Assembly (NCBI GenBank): GCA_050251945.1
Contig: JBFWLW010000004.1
Coordinates: forward strand, 128,001-192,000
Source of the DNA: Deferribacterales bacterium
GTDB lineage: Bacteria > Chrysiogenota > Deferribacteres > Deferribacterales > Geovibrionaceae
DNA: 64,000 nt
Direction: 5' to 3'
Shown here: piece after piece, positions 9,661 to 19,470 of the stretch
Numbering within the stretch: position 1 is the stretch's first letter
Layout: each line of letters starts with the position of its first letter
Position numbers and translations under genes: made by a program
The notes under the pieces: generated by a model
What the model was told of the DNA's origin: nothing
The model's database searches: none
The model's input: the letters and a program-made list of their open reading frames with translations, nothing else

Positions 9661-9701
9661 CTACGGATCAAAAGGTTAGGAGTTCGAATCTCTTCAGGCG
9701 C
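9661..9701 (+). repeat. attR: duplicated 3' half of tRNA-Arg
   Basis: CTACGGATCAAAAGGTTAGGAGTTCGAATCTCTTCAGGCGC, identical to 7332-7372. Confidence 0.93.
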
Positions 9702-9757
9702 GCTTTAAAGTATCAATAATGTAAAAGGCAGTCAGTGATTCAAAGCTGATGATGTCT

Positions 9758-10525
9758 CTACAGGTGCATGTATTTTTCTGCCATGAGGATTGATATAAGC
9801 TGCTGACGCTTGGAAACGCCTGTTTTAGCGTAGATATTTTTCAGATGGAATTTAACGGTGTTTTCGCTGATGTTAAGAATTTTTGCAATTTCCCAGTTGG
9901 TTTTTCCATTCAGAATCCAGTGGCATGCCTCATGCTCCTTGTCTGAAAGGCAGTTTAAAAGGAGCACCACGTTAAGCCGCTTTCTTGCTGCCATAATGTG
10001 GGTGACAATTGCAGAAGTAATAGCGATTGTTCTGTTATCAGGCTGCTCTTTTGGGTCGGCAAATGAAATGAGAATCCCGAAGTCTTTTGAATCAGAAATT
10101 TCGTAAACTGAAAATCCATATTCCAGTCCGAATTGTTTTCTTATGCGGATAAGCTCTTTTTCGGATACGGAAAGCTTCCTTTCATAAGCATCCCAGATAA
10201 TAAATGATGCTTTTATGTTATTTTCAATCCGTTTTTCAAGCTCTATCCTGACAGGGTCGCACACGAGCAGGTTGTTTGTATTGTAAAATTCCATCCAGTC
10301 CTTCGGATTTGAAATGTTTATCATCCTGATGCTGTCTTCCGTGACATAATGGTGAGGAGTGTAGCAGCATAGCACATATCGGAACCCGATATATTCTGCG
10401 ATATCTTTTAAAAGATGTTCGAATTTTTCTTCCGATGTCATGTTAAGGCAAGTGTCGAATACAGATAGTATCATTTGAAGATCAGTTTCTTTCAGAAAGT
10501 TCAATTCCTGCCGTTCATCAGTCAT
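9758..10525 (-). CDS. LuxR-family regulator with autoinducer-binding domain
   Basis: W..FY.....DPV, W, GL..G ligand-domain residues; C-terminal GKTNWEIAKILNISENTVKFH HTH. Confidence 0.92.
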   Translation of the reverse strand: MTDERQELNFLKETDLQMILSVFDTCLNMTSEEKFEHLLKDIAEYIGFRYVLCCYTPHHYVTEDSIRMINISNPKDWMEFYNTNNLLVCDPVRIELEKRIENNIKASFIIWDAYERKLSVSEKELIRIRKQFGLEYGFSVYEISDSKDFGILISFADPKEQPDNRTIAITSAIVTHIMAARKRLNVVLLLNCLSDKEHEACHWILNGKTNWEIAKILNISENTVKFHLKNIYAKTGVSKRQQLISILMAEKYMHL

Positions 10526-10536
10526 TTGTAATCCTA

Positions 10537-11274
10537 TTACAGGTTAAGATATTTTCCGGTCATAACAGCTGCCGTTGCCTGCTGTCTGTTCAGAACCCCG
10601 AGTTTTGTGCAGACACTTTGCATGTGATATTTAACAGTATTTTCGGCAATATTTAAATCATTTGATATCTCAATGTTGGATTTTCCCGCAAGAAGGTGTT
10701 CGCAAAGTAATTTTTCTTTGTCTGTGAGGGTATTGTATAGAAATACTATATCCAGACGTTTTCTTGCTGCGGTCATATGGTTTATGATTCTGAGCATAAA
10801 TTCCTCCATGCGGCTGTCAGCTGTCATGTTTCTGTCCGCAAAGGAAATGAGGAAAGTGAAATCTGAGTTCGACGAATCCTGATATACGGAAAAACCGTGA
10901 TTAAGTCCGTATGAACAGCGTTCATTTATCAGCTCAATCTCATATCGCGAGAGTTCTCTGTCAAATGAATCCCATTTTATGAATGAAGATTTTATCCCGT
11001 GTTGAAGCTTCAGTTCCATTTCAATGCGCACGGGGTCATTTGCCATATAATTGCAGGTTTGGTATTTAAGCATCCAGTCTGCCGGATTGGAAATGTTGAT
11101 AATATTAACAATTGAGCCTTTAGAATAGGAGATTTTGCAATAGCAGTAAAGAATGAACTGAAATCCCAGATAGTCGGCGGTTTCTCTGATGAGTCGGTGG
11201 TAGTCCTCTTCTGTCTGGATCCTGAAACATGAGTTGATTATGTATATAACCATAAGTAGATCATCTTTGCTCAT
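10537..11274 (-). CDS. LuxR-family regulator with autoinducer-binding domain (paralogue)
   Basis: WMLKY...Y...DPV, W, GL..G; C-terminal GKSN.EI...LNIAENTVKYH. Confidence 0.92.
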   Translation of the reverse strand: MSKDDLLMVIYIINSCFRIQTEEDYHRLIRETADYLGFQFILYCYCKISYSKGSIVNIINISNPADWMLKYQTCNYMANDPVRIEMELKLQHGIKSSFIKWDSFDRELSRYEIELINERCSYGLNHGFSVYQDSSNSDFTFLISFADRNMTADSRMEEFMLRIINHMTAARKRLDIVFLYNTLTDKEKLLCEHLLAGKSNIEISNDLNIAENTVKYHMQSVCTKLGVLNRQQATAAVMTGKYLNL

Positions 11275-11456
11275 TGCCGTCTCCGCTTAAAGCCCCGATT
11301 ATTATATTATAACACTTTCACGAATTTTTCAGATGCCGGTTCTGACTGCAATCCATTTGCTATTACCGTGTCAGTTTTTTATTTAGACGAAACTGCGAGA
11401 ACATTGTTACAGACCATAATTCAGACTACTCGTCAGGTATTTGCTTAATCAATCCA

Positions 11457-11470
11457 ACTTTCGGGTAGGT
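11457..11470 (-). promoter_or_regulatory. lux-box-like site 1 (luxR pair / export operon intergenic region)
   Basis: ACCTACCCGAAAGT, 4 nt, TTGATT-18-TAGTCT on the minus strand; identical 14-mer at 36650. Confidence 0.65.
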
Positions 11471-11517
11471 ATGGTTCTTTTTCTTGATAGTGATGTTGGC
11501 GCTGTTATAACATTGAA

Positions 11518-13026
11518 GTGAAATGTAAGAACAAGAGGGGTTTCATGCCTTGGTTATTACTTTATTCACTTCTGTTAAGTATTATTACAGTTTCAAATGT
11601 CAACGCAGAAAGTATTAAGCTTGAACAGGTTTTGTCTGTTGCGATGCAGAAGCAGGCAGACGTTCTCATACAGAAGCTGAACATAGATTACGCAAAAGGG
11701 AAGCGTTTGAGTTCTTCTTCAGCATTCGATGCCGTTTTGTCTGCATCGGCAGGTTACAAGGATGCTCAGTCCCCGCTGACAATTCAGCAGTCCGCCGCAT
11801 ATGGCATATCAACAGCGGACAGCCGTTTGCGGAGTTATATGGTTCAGCTTTCAAAGACCATGAGATCGGGGTTAAGCCTTACCGCAGAGATGAGTCTCTC
11901 AAATGAGATGGATGATACCTACGGAGCTTCGGATGACAATACCAGAACAGTGGGACTTACACTAGGAATCCCCTTTTTTGATCTTTTGGACGGTAATACC
12001 TCAAACTATGCTGAGAAATCAGCGGAAGAGGATGTGAAGTCTGCCATAGAATCGTATTACAGTCAGATAAGCCAAAGCATGTATCAAACCATGTCTGCAT
12101 GGTGGAATTTTACGGCGGCATATGAAGCTTATAAAATTTACAGGCAGAGTCAGCAGCTTAATGAGAAGTATTACGAAGACTACAAAAAGCTGGTTGAAAA
12201 GGATGAAAGACCCAGGTCGGATCTGATCCAGCTTCAGGCGAATATTGCTGTGATCAGCATGGAGACCAAGGCTGCGGAAAAGAGTTATGTATCTGCCGGC
12301 TATTCTCTTTGTTCGTCACTGGGTATTCCTTATGACAGAGAGAAGTTTCTCGATCCTGACACGAGTTGGATATCTTTTAATACGATTATTGAAAAGATAA
12401 ACGGGTATCTTGAAAACCCGTATGAAAGGCGGTTTGATATCCTTGCTGCTAAATCGGATGTCGAAAGTTCTTCCATTCTTATACGGGCGTATAAAAGAAA
12501 CCTGCGACCTGACGTGAATATAAATCTGTCTGCCGAAACCTCATCGAAAACCAAGAATGACCCGTTATATGATACGGACGGACGCAACAGAGGAAACACT
12601 CTTTCTGCGGAGGTCACATATTCCTTTCCCCTGTCGAATTCCTCAGCAAAAGGACTGCTTATGCAGCAGATGTCTCTGAGGCAGCAGAACCTTATTCAGT
12701 ATGAAGAGCTGAAGCGGGCAGCTGACATAGATATTGCGGACGCTGTTCAGGAGTTTCGTCTGGCTGTCGATTCGGTGGCGTTGGCGGAGCAGTCGGTTGC
12801 ATTTTATGAGCAGGCTTTGGTCACCGAGAAAAAGAAACAGGCTATCGGTATGAGCACGGTGCTTGATGTGCTGTCCACAGGGGACAGTCTGCGTGACGTG
12901 ATGCTTGAGAAGATAAGTTACCAGCTCAGTGCGGCTCTTGCCGCTGCAAAGCTCGCCTATGTCTCTGGAGCCATTCTTGAGGTGAGAGGCGGAGAGCTTA
13001 TTATTAACCGTGATTTCTTACCTTGA
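11518..13026 (+). CDS. TolC-family outer membrane efflux protein
   Basis: Signal peptide, OEP-like helical repeats (RRFDILAA...P; G.STVLDVL); first gene of the export operon. Confidence 0.85.
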   Translation: MKCKNKRGFMPWLLLYSLLLSIITVSNVNAESIKLEQVLSVAMQKQADVLIQKLNIDYAKGKRLSSSSAFDAVLSASAGYKDAQSPLTIQQSAAYGISTADSRLRSYMVQLSKTMRSGLSLTAEMSLSNEMDDTYGASDDNTRTVGLTLGIPFFDLLDGNTSNYAEKSAEEDVKSAIESYYSQISQSMYQTMSAWWNFTAAYEAYKIYRQSQQLNEKYYEDYKKLVEKDERPRSDLIQLQANIAVISMETKAAEKSYVSAGYSLCSSLGIPYDREKFLDPDTSWISFNTIIEKINGYLENPYERRFDILAAKSDVESSSILIRAYKRNLRPDVNINLSAETSSKTKNDPLYDTDGRNRGNTLSAEVTYSFPLSNSSAKGLLMQQMSLRQQNLIQYEELKRAADIDIADAVQEFRLAVDSVALAEQSVAFYEQALVTEKKKQAIGMSTVLDVLSTGDSLRDVMLEKISYQLSAALAAAKLAYVSGAILEVRGGELIINRDFLP

Positions 13027-13035
13027 GGAGGGTGT

Positions 13036-14295
13036 ATGTCTGAGATATTCAGAAGAAAGTCGCTGGAGAAACTTGCCTCTCCCGACAAACTGGATGAGCT
13101 TATGCTGGTCACCGATGCCAAAGGGTGGCTTGCTCTTCTGGCTTTGGGGCTTATTATTGCACTGGCAGTTTTCTGGGGTTTTTTCAGTACAATACCCGAA
13201 AAAGTTGACGGACTTGGTATTTTTCTACGTCCGGAAGGGCTTGCCGATGTGATTGCTCCTTCAACCGGACAGGTTAAGGATATATACGTCAGCACGGGTG
13301 ATATTATCAAAAAAGGCTATCCGGTTGCAAGGATAAACCAGATGGAACTTCTTGCTGAAATAAAAGACCTGCGGAGCGTAATAAACGACCTTAAATTTAA
13401 CCTCGAAAATCTTAAAAAAGCAGAAACTCAATCTGTTTCCATGAAACAGTCAATGAGCACACAGCGAAAAGTAGCTATCCATGAGAAGGTTCTGAATCTC
13501 CGAAAACAGGAAGCATGGCTGAAACAGAAGATAGAAAACCAGAAAAAACTTTACGATGACGGGCTTATCACGTGGCAGACCCTGATTGATTCACAGTCTA
13601 ATCTTGATTCTGTCAGACAGCAGATCAGTGACGCGGAGAGTTCACGCAGTCAGGATGAAATGGAGCTTCATGAGAGATTCGGTCAGAAGGACAAGCAGGT
13701 TGAAGACCTGAACACGCAGATTGCCCAGAAGGAGCGGGAGCTTGAGAAACAGCTGCTTGCTCTGGACAATTCTTCAAAAATAATAAGTCCTTACAACGGG
13801 CGGATTGTGGAGCTTAACGTTGACAGGGATTCTATGGTGAGTAAAGGCTCCCCTATAGCCCGGATAGAGATAAGCGACGACAGCATCAAGAACCTCGAGG
13901 CGGTGATGTATTTTCCGCCTATGCAGGGTAAAAAGGTTAAACCCGGAATGCGGGTCAATATTTCTCCGTCAACTGTCAAGCAGGAGGAATATGGCTTCAT
14001 CGTCGGTATCGTCACTTTTGTGTCCGAGTTTCCGGTGTCGTCTTCCGCCATGGAAAGTACATTACATAACGATTCTCTGGCTCAGAATTTCACCCAGAGC
14101 GGCGCCCCTGTCGAAATAAGAGCCGATCTCATACCCGATCCTTCAACACCAAGCGGATTTAAATGGTCTTCACGCAAAGGACCGGACATAACCATTGAAA
14201 CAGGGACTCTCTGCACTGCGAGCGTCGCTGTTTCGGAGCAAAAGCCTATAAATCTGGTTGTCCCGCTGTTTAAAAAATATGTTTTGGGCAGATAG
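13036..14295 (+). CDS. NHLP bacteriocin system secretion protein (HlyD-like)
   Basis: IFR.KSLEKLASPDKLDEL N-terminus, one TM, coiled coil, EEYGFI.G.V..VS.FP, WSS.KGP. Confidence 0.92.
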   Translation: MSEIFRRKSLEKLASPDKLDELMLVTDAKGWLALLALGLIIALAVFWGFFSTIPEKVDGLGIFLRPEGLADVIAPSTGQVKDIYVSTGDIIKKGYPVARINQMELLAEIKDLRSVINDLKFNLENLKKAETQSVSMKQSMSTQRKVAIHEKVLNLRKQEAWLKQKIENQKKLYDDGLITWQTLIDSQSNLDSVRQQISDAESSRSQDEMELHERFGQKDKQVEDLNTQIAQKERELEKQLLALDNSSKIISPYNGRIVELNVDRDSMVSKGSPIARIEISDDSIKNLEAVMYFPPMQGKKVKPGMRVNISPSTVKQEEYGFIVGIVTFVSEFPVSSSAMESTLHNDSLAQNFTQSGAPVEIRADLIPDPSTPSGFKWSSRKGPDITIETGTLCTASVAVSEQKPINLVVPLFKKYVLGR

Positions 14296-14298
14296 ATC

Positions 14299-16470
14299 AT
14301 GAAAATTCCGTTTATATCGTCCGGAACAAAAAATTATACCAAAACTCCGACGACCCTTCAGATGGAGGCGGTGGAGTGCGGGGCTGCGTGTCTCGCCATG
14401 ATCCTTGATTATCACGGATTAAAAGTTCCGCTTGAGATTGTAAGGCAGGACTGCGGCGTCTCGAGAAACGGAAGCAAAGCCAGCAATATGGTTAAAGCTG
14501 CACGAAAATACGGTCTTGATGCAAGGGGATACAGAAAAGAAGTCGGCGAGCTTCAGACCATGAAGATGCCTGTCATAATCTTCTGGAATTTCAATCACTT
14601 TGTGGTGCTTGAAGGATTCAGGAACGGCAAAGCGGTTCTTAATGACCCCGGTGTGGGCAGACGTTTTATCGAAATGGACGATTTTGACGATTCATACACA
14701 GGCGTAACTCTGACCTTTAAGCCGACGAAGAGTTTTGTCAGAGGCGGCGAATCCGGATCAATGTATAAAGCTCTTCTTGAGAGATTCCGCGGTTCGGAGA
14801 TTGCCGCGGCATACGTCATTCTGGCGGGGCTGTTTCTTGTTATACCGGGGCTTGTGATCCCCGCGTTTTCAAAGATTTTTGTGGACAGTATCCTTGTCGG
14901 CGGAATGGATGACTGGCTGCGCCCATTGCTGTTCGGCATGGCTGCAACTTTTCTCGTGAGGGGCGGGCTGACATGGCTCCAGCAATATTACCTTCTGCGG
15001 TTTGAAACCAAACTGGCAACTGTTTCCACCGCAAAATTCCTTATCCACGTCCTCAGACTTCCCATTACATTTTTTGCCCAGAGGATGCCCGGCGAGATCG
15101 TCAGCCGCATCCAGCTCAACGATGTGGTGGCGAACCTCATAGCAAACCAACTGACTGTGAACGTTATCAATCTGATGATGGTGGTGTTCTACACCGCTGT
15201 GATGTTCTATTACGATGTAATGCTGACGATTACCGGCATTCTGATAGCTCTCATAAACATTGGGATGCTTAAGCTGGTGTCATCTAAACGAATAATATTA
15301 AACCAGAAATTCCAGATGGAGGGTGGAAAGCTTATCGGAATCTCCATGTCCGGACTTTCCATGATAGAGCCGCTCAAGGCGAGCGGCGGTGAATCTGATT
15401 TCTTTGCGAAATGGGCAGGTCAGCAGGCAAAGGTAATAAACACACAACAGCAGCTGGCGGTTCCGACACAGCTTCTTATGGTGATGACTCCTTTTCTGAT
15501 GAGCGTCAACACGGTTGTAGTTCTGGGGTTTGGCGGGTTAAAGGTCATGAACGGCGAAATGACACTTGGTATGCTGGTGGCATTTCAAAGCCTTATGGCA
15601 AGTTTTATGACTCCGTTTAATCAGATAGTGAACATGGGTTCGACACTCCAGCAGACTGTTTCTGATGTGAACAGGCTGGATGATGCCATGCGCTATAAAG
15701 AGGATATCAGGTTTTCTGAATCACATGTTGTTTCCATGTCCGATAAGCTTGAAGGCGGTCTTGAGCTGAAAGACATCAGTTTTGGCTACAGCAGCCTGGA
15801 AGAGCCTCTCATAAGAGAATTCAGTGTTAAGCTGAACAAGGGGCAGCGTGTTGCCATTGTCGGCGGCTCCGGTTCGGGCAAATCCACTGTGGCGAAACTG
15901 GTCAGCGGGCTATATGAGCCATGGGGCGGTGAGATACTTTATGACGGATATAAAATCAGAGAGATAGAGGATTCCGCTCTTTACGACTCCATCGCAATGG
16001 TGGATCAGGATATTTTCATGTTTGAAGGTACTGTGCGGGACAACATAACCATGTGGGACAGCACGATTTCCGATGCTGACGTTCTTAAAGCCGCAAAGGA
16101 TGCCTGTATCCATGAAGATGTTGCGATACGCCCCGGTGCGTACCGCAGCAGAGTGGAAGAGGGCGGCGGCAATTTCAGCGGAGGGCAGAGACAGAGGCTT
16201 GAGATAGCGCGGGCACTGGTGCGCAATCCTTCCATACTTATTCTGGATGAAGCCACAAGCGCACTGGATGCGCAGACTGAAATGGATGTGGTGGATAATA
16301 TCAGAAAGCGGGGCGTGACCTGTCTGATCGTGGCGCACCGTTTAAGCACAATAAGGGACAGTGACGAGATCATTGTTATGGATAACGGGCTTATAGTCCA
16401 GAGGGGAACCCACGAAAGTATGATTTCCGGGGAGGATAAGCCGTATGCGCAACTCATCAGATCATACTGA
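14299..16470 (+). CDS. NHLP-type peptidase-containing ABC transporter (C39 peptidase/permease/ATPase)
   Basis: QMEAVECGAACL (catalytic Cys), WNFNHFVV (His), NDP; Walker A GGSGSGKS, FSGGQRQ, LDEATS. Confidence 0.96.
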   Translation: MKIPFISSGTKNYTKTPTTLQMEAVECGAACLAMILDYHGLKVPLEIVRQDCGVSRNGSKASNMVKAARKYGLDARGYRKEVGELQTMKMPVIIFWNFNHFVVLEGFRNGKAVLNDPGVGRRFIEMDDFDDSYTGVTLTFKPTKSFVRGGESGSMYKALLERFRGSEIAAAYVILAGLFLVIPGLVIPAFSKIFVDSILVGGMDDWLRPLLFGMAATFLVRGGLTWLQQYYLLRFETKLATVSTAKFLIHVLRLPITFFAQRMPGEIVSRIQLNDVVANLIANQLTVNVINLMMVVFYTAVMFYYDVMLTITGILIALINIGMLKLVSSKRIILNQKFQMEGGKLIGISMSGLSMIEPLKASGGESDFFAKWAGQQAKVINTQQQLAVPTQLLMVMTPFLMSVNTVVVLGFGGLKVMNGEMTLGMLVAFQSLMASFMTPFNQIVNMGSTLQQTVSDVNRLDDAMRYKEDIRFSESHVVSMSDKLEGGLELKDISFGYSSLEEPLIREFSVKLNKGQRVAIVGGSGSGKSTVAKLVSGLYEPWGGEILYDGYKIREIEDSALYDSIAMVDQDIFMFEGTVRDNITMWDSTISDADVLKAAKDACIHEDVAIRPGAYRSRVEEGGGNFSGGQRQRLEIARALVRNPSILILDEATSALDAQTEMDVVDNIRKRGVTCLIVAHRLSTIRDSDEIIVMDNGLIVQRGTHESMISGEDKPYAQLIRSY

Positions 16471-18628
16471 TAAAACAGGTCATTCGCGTAAACTTGACGA
16501 TGCGGTACTTAATGCCGCATTCAGGCGTATGACAGGGGTTATGGACAGGCGAATTGTTGAAACAGAGCCTTCCGATGATCCTGTGTTTGTTGCCGCCGCA
16601 GAGGTTGCGGGGGAGATGGGTTTTTCAATTCCGAATCTGCCTTATGACACAAACTGTTCCAATGTGGAAAAGCTGAAACAGATAGCAAGAATCGGCGGGT
16701 TTAGAACCAGAAACGTTCTGTTGGAGGGTGAGTGGTGGAAATCTGACTGCGGCATTCTGTTCGCTTTCACCCAAAACGATGAACCGGTGAGCCTCTTAAA
16801 AAGGAAATCCGGTTCATATATAATGAAAAACACTGTAACCGGAGAGGTTTCTGCCGTTAACAGACAGGTTGCAGACACTCTGGATCCTCTTGCCGTAACA
16901 TTTTATAAACCGTTTCCATCCAAACCGCTTAAGTTCATGGATATTTACAGGATGACTGTCAAAGAGAACAGGAGCGACTTTTTGTCTATTGCTGTGATCG
17001 GCACGATAGGCGGTCTGATAGGTGTGGTCACTCCCATGGTTTCCGGGGTCATTTTTGACGACATAATTCCGTCGGCAGAGCGGAGCAGGCTTTTTGATTT
17101 TATTCTTATTCTGTTCTGTCTGGCGTTTGTCAATGCACTTTTCGGCATAACAAAGGGACTTTGTTCTGTAAGAATTCAGAGCAGAATCAACAACACTGTC
17201 CAGTCTGCCCTTTGGGACAGACTGCTTGCCCTGCCTGTTCCGTTTTTCAGAAGTTATACGTCAGGCGAGCTGGCGAGCAACAGTCTGGGAATAAACGGCA
17301 TAATACAGGCTCTTTCCGGCGTGACGATGAATGCCATTCTGTCGACTATCTTCTCAATATTCTACCTGTTTCTGCTTTTTTACTACAATGCGGGGATGGC
17401 GGTAATCGCGATACTGATGTCGCTTCTGACAGTGCTGATATCTGCCGGAATCGGTATGTATAAGGTGAAAAGGCAGGGAGAGAGCGTCATAGCTGATAAC
17501 AAATCAGCAGGTTTTCTGTTTCAGGTGATGTTTGGAATTTCAAAAATCAGAATCACGGGAGCATATAAACGTGCTTTCGGGAAATACAGTCTGTTGTTTA
17601 CAGAGAAAAAAACCGCAGATATCAGGATGGGCGGAGCGGAAAACATTGTTGTAACCATAAATGCGATGATACCCATCATAACCAGCATGGTTTTATACGG
17701 CTGGATGTCTGTGAAGGTTGAGAATGTCACTACCGGTCAGTTTATTGCTTTTCTTTCAGCGTTCAGCTCATTTCAGACCTCACTTTTGTCAATGACCGAA
17801 TCGGTCATGACCTCGCTGAAAGTTGTGCCGCTGTATAAAAACATGCAGCCAATAATAGAGACCATGCCTGAGTTTGATGAAGTGAAGGGAATTCCAGATG
17901 GAATCAGAGGCGGAATTTCTGTCAGTCAGGTGAGCTTCAGGTACAGTGCGGATTCGCCGCAGATACTTTCTGATGTGTCCATTGAGGCGAAACACGGTGA
18001 GTTTGTTGCCATTGTAGGCGGGTCTGGTTCCGGAAAATCCACGCTGCTGCGCCTTCTGCTTGGATTTGAAAAACCGGAATCGGGAACTGTTTTTTATGAT
18101 GACCATGATCTGGACACTCTGGATGTGCTTGAGGTACGCAGACAGCTCGGCGTTGTTTTGCAGAACGACGTGCTCATTCAGGGCAGCATTATGGAGAATA
18201 TTGTTGGTCAGTCGGGCAGGCTGACTATTAACGACGCATGGTATGCGGCGGAGATGGCGGGGATTGCGGAGGATATAAAACAGATGCCTATGGGAATGCA
18301 CACGATGATTCCTGCGGGAGGTTCCGGAATATCCGGCGGTCAGAAACAAAGACTTATCATCGCACGGGCACTGGTTAAGAAACCGGCTCTTTTGTTGTTT
18401 GACGAAGCCACAAGTGCGCTGGACAACAAAACACAGGCGGAAGTCAGCAGAAATATCGAAGCGTTGCAAGTCACAAGAATAGTAATAGCCCATCGCCTTT
18501 CTACGATCCGCAATGCTGACAGAATATATGTTTTGGAAAAGGGACGTATTGTTCAGTGTGGGACATTTGACGAACTTATGGCACGGGACGGGCTTTTCCT
18601 GAAACTATCAAGGAGACAGATCGCATGA
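16445..18628 (+). CDS. NHLP-type second ABC transporter (no active peptidase)
   Basis: R.V.L.GEWW..D.G degenerate N-domain; GGSGSGKS, ISGGQKQ, FDEATS. Confidence 0.93.
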   Translation: MRNSSDHTDKTGHSRKLDDAVLNAAFRRMTGVMDRRIVETEPSDDPVFVAAAEVAGEMGFSIPNLPYDTNCSNVEKLKQIARIGGFRTRNVLLEGEWWKSDCGILFAFTQNDEPVSLLKRKSGSYIMKNTVTGEVSAVNRQVADTLDPLAVTFYKPFPSKPLKFMDIYRMTVKENRSDFLSIAVIGTIGGLIGVVTPMVSGVIFDDIIPSAERSRLFDFILILFCLAFVNALFGITKGLCSVRIQSRINNTVQSALWDRLLALPVPFFRSYTSGELASNSLGINGIIQALSGVTMNAILSTIFSIFYLFLLFYYNAGMAVIAILMSLLTVLISAGIGMYKVKRQGESVIADNKSAGFLFQVMFGISKIRITGAYKRAFGKYSLLFTEKKTADIRMGGAENIVVTINAMIPIITSMVLYGWMSVKVENVTTGQFIAFLSAFSSFQTSLLSMTESVMTSLKVVPLYKNMQPIIETMPEFDEVKGIPDGIRGGISVSQVSFRYSADSPQILSDVSIEAKHGEFVAIVGGSGSGKSTLLRLLLGFEKPESGTVFYDDHDLDTLDVLEVRRQLGVVLQNDVLIQGSIMENIVGQSGRLTINDAWYAAEMAGIAEDIKQMPMGMHTMIPAGGSGISGGQKQRLIIARALVKKPALLLFDEATSALDNKTQAEVSRNIEALQVTRIVIAHRLSTIRNADRIYVLEKGRIVQCGTFDELMARDGLFLKLSRRQIA

Positions 18629-19158
18629 AAAATGCGGAAGAATGCAGAAAACTTTTCGTAATGCGGACGGAGGATTTTGAGGAGCTTTACAGAGAGCTGT
18701 ATCCGTTTGTCCGCAGATATCTTTCATGGAGAGTGAGCGACGGCGAGACAGCCGACGATATGGCTCAGGAGATTTTTGCGAAGGTGTGGAAACACAGGCA
18801 GAGTTTTGAAGGGAAATGCTCTCTTAAAACATGGGTCATGAGAATAGCCGCTAACCACTTGAAAGATTACTACAAATCAAAAAGACCCGACATGACTGAC
18901 GATTCTCATTTGTCTGTCATTTGCTCGGATGATGACATAGAAACGGCATATCAGGCAAAATGTAAGCTCAGCGTGGTGCAGAGGATAATTAAATCCATGC
19001 CTCTGTCATATCGTGAGCCTTTTGTTCTCATCCGGTTTGATAACCTTTCATACAGGGAAGCTGCGGATGTTCTCAGCATCAGTGTGAGTCTGGTCAAAGT
19101 CCGTGTCCACAGGGCGCATATGATGCTGACGGATGCCATGAGGGGGGAAGAGATATGA
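18625..19158 (+). CDS. ECF RNA polymerase sigma factor
   Basis: ADDMAQEIF.K.W...F...KTWV.RIA.N (region 2); LSYREAADVL.ISV..VKVR.HRA (region 4). Confidence 0.95.
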   Translation: MKNAEECRKLFVMRTEDFEELYRELYPFVRRYLSWRVSDGETADDMAQEIFAKVWKHRQSFEGKCSLKTWVMRIAANHLKDYYKSKRPDMTDDSHLSVICSDDDIETAYQAKCKLSVVQRIIKSMPLSYREPFVLIRFDNLSYREAADVLSISVSLVKVRVHRAHMMLTDAMRGEEI

Positions 19159-19454
19159 AATACGATATTACCCGTTTCAGAGAATCGGTTACGGATATGC
19201 TTGCCGGAGAGCTTTCGGAAAAGGACTCTGCGGGGCTTATTGCTGCAATGAAAAGGGACGTAACTTTTGCGCAGGAGTATCGTCTGATGAATAAAGCATG
19301 GGAAGATGTTGCGTCGGAAGAATACCAAACCCCGCCCATGTCGGACAGACTGGCACAATTTGTTTTCGGCGGTGAACTGACCGAAGATGATTTGGACATG
19401 GTTTCCGGAGGAATAGGACAGGATCCGCTTCCGGACGAAGATGACGACAAATAA
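19155..19454 (+). CDS. putative zinc-free anti-sigma factor with C-terminal double-glycine leader motif
   Basis: 4-nt overlap with the sigma gene; DMLAGELS...QEYR.M resembles an anti-sigma domain lacking HxxxCxxC; ends ELTEDDLDMVSGG-IGQDPLPDEDDDK. Confidence 0.7.
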   Translation: MKYDITRFRESVTDMLAGELSEKDSAGLIAAMKRDVTFAQEYRLMNKAWEDVASEEYQTPPMSDRLAQFVFGGELTEDDLDMVSGGIGQDPLPDEDDDK

Positions 19455-19470
19455 GGATATGGGGTAAATT

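Larger units (their letters stand above)
7332..9701. mobile_element. tRNA-Arg-integrated defence islet, no integrase
   Basis: 41-bp exact direct repeat 7332-7372 = 9661-9701 flanks two genes. Confidence 0.8.

Noticed and set aside
9661..9701. Second tRNA-Arg gene
   Set aside because: Only the 3' half from the anticodon loop is present; it is an att repeat.
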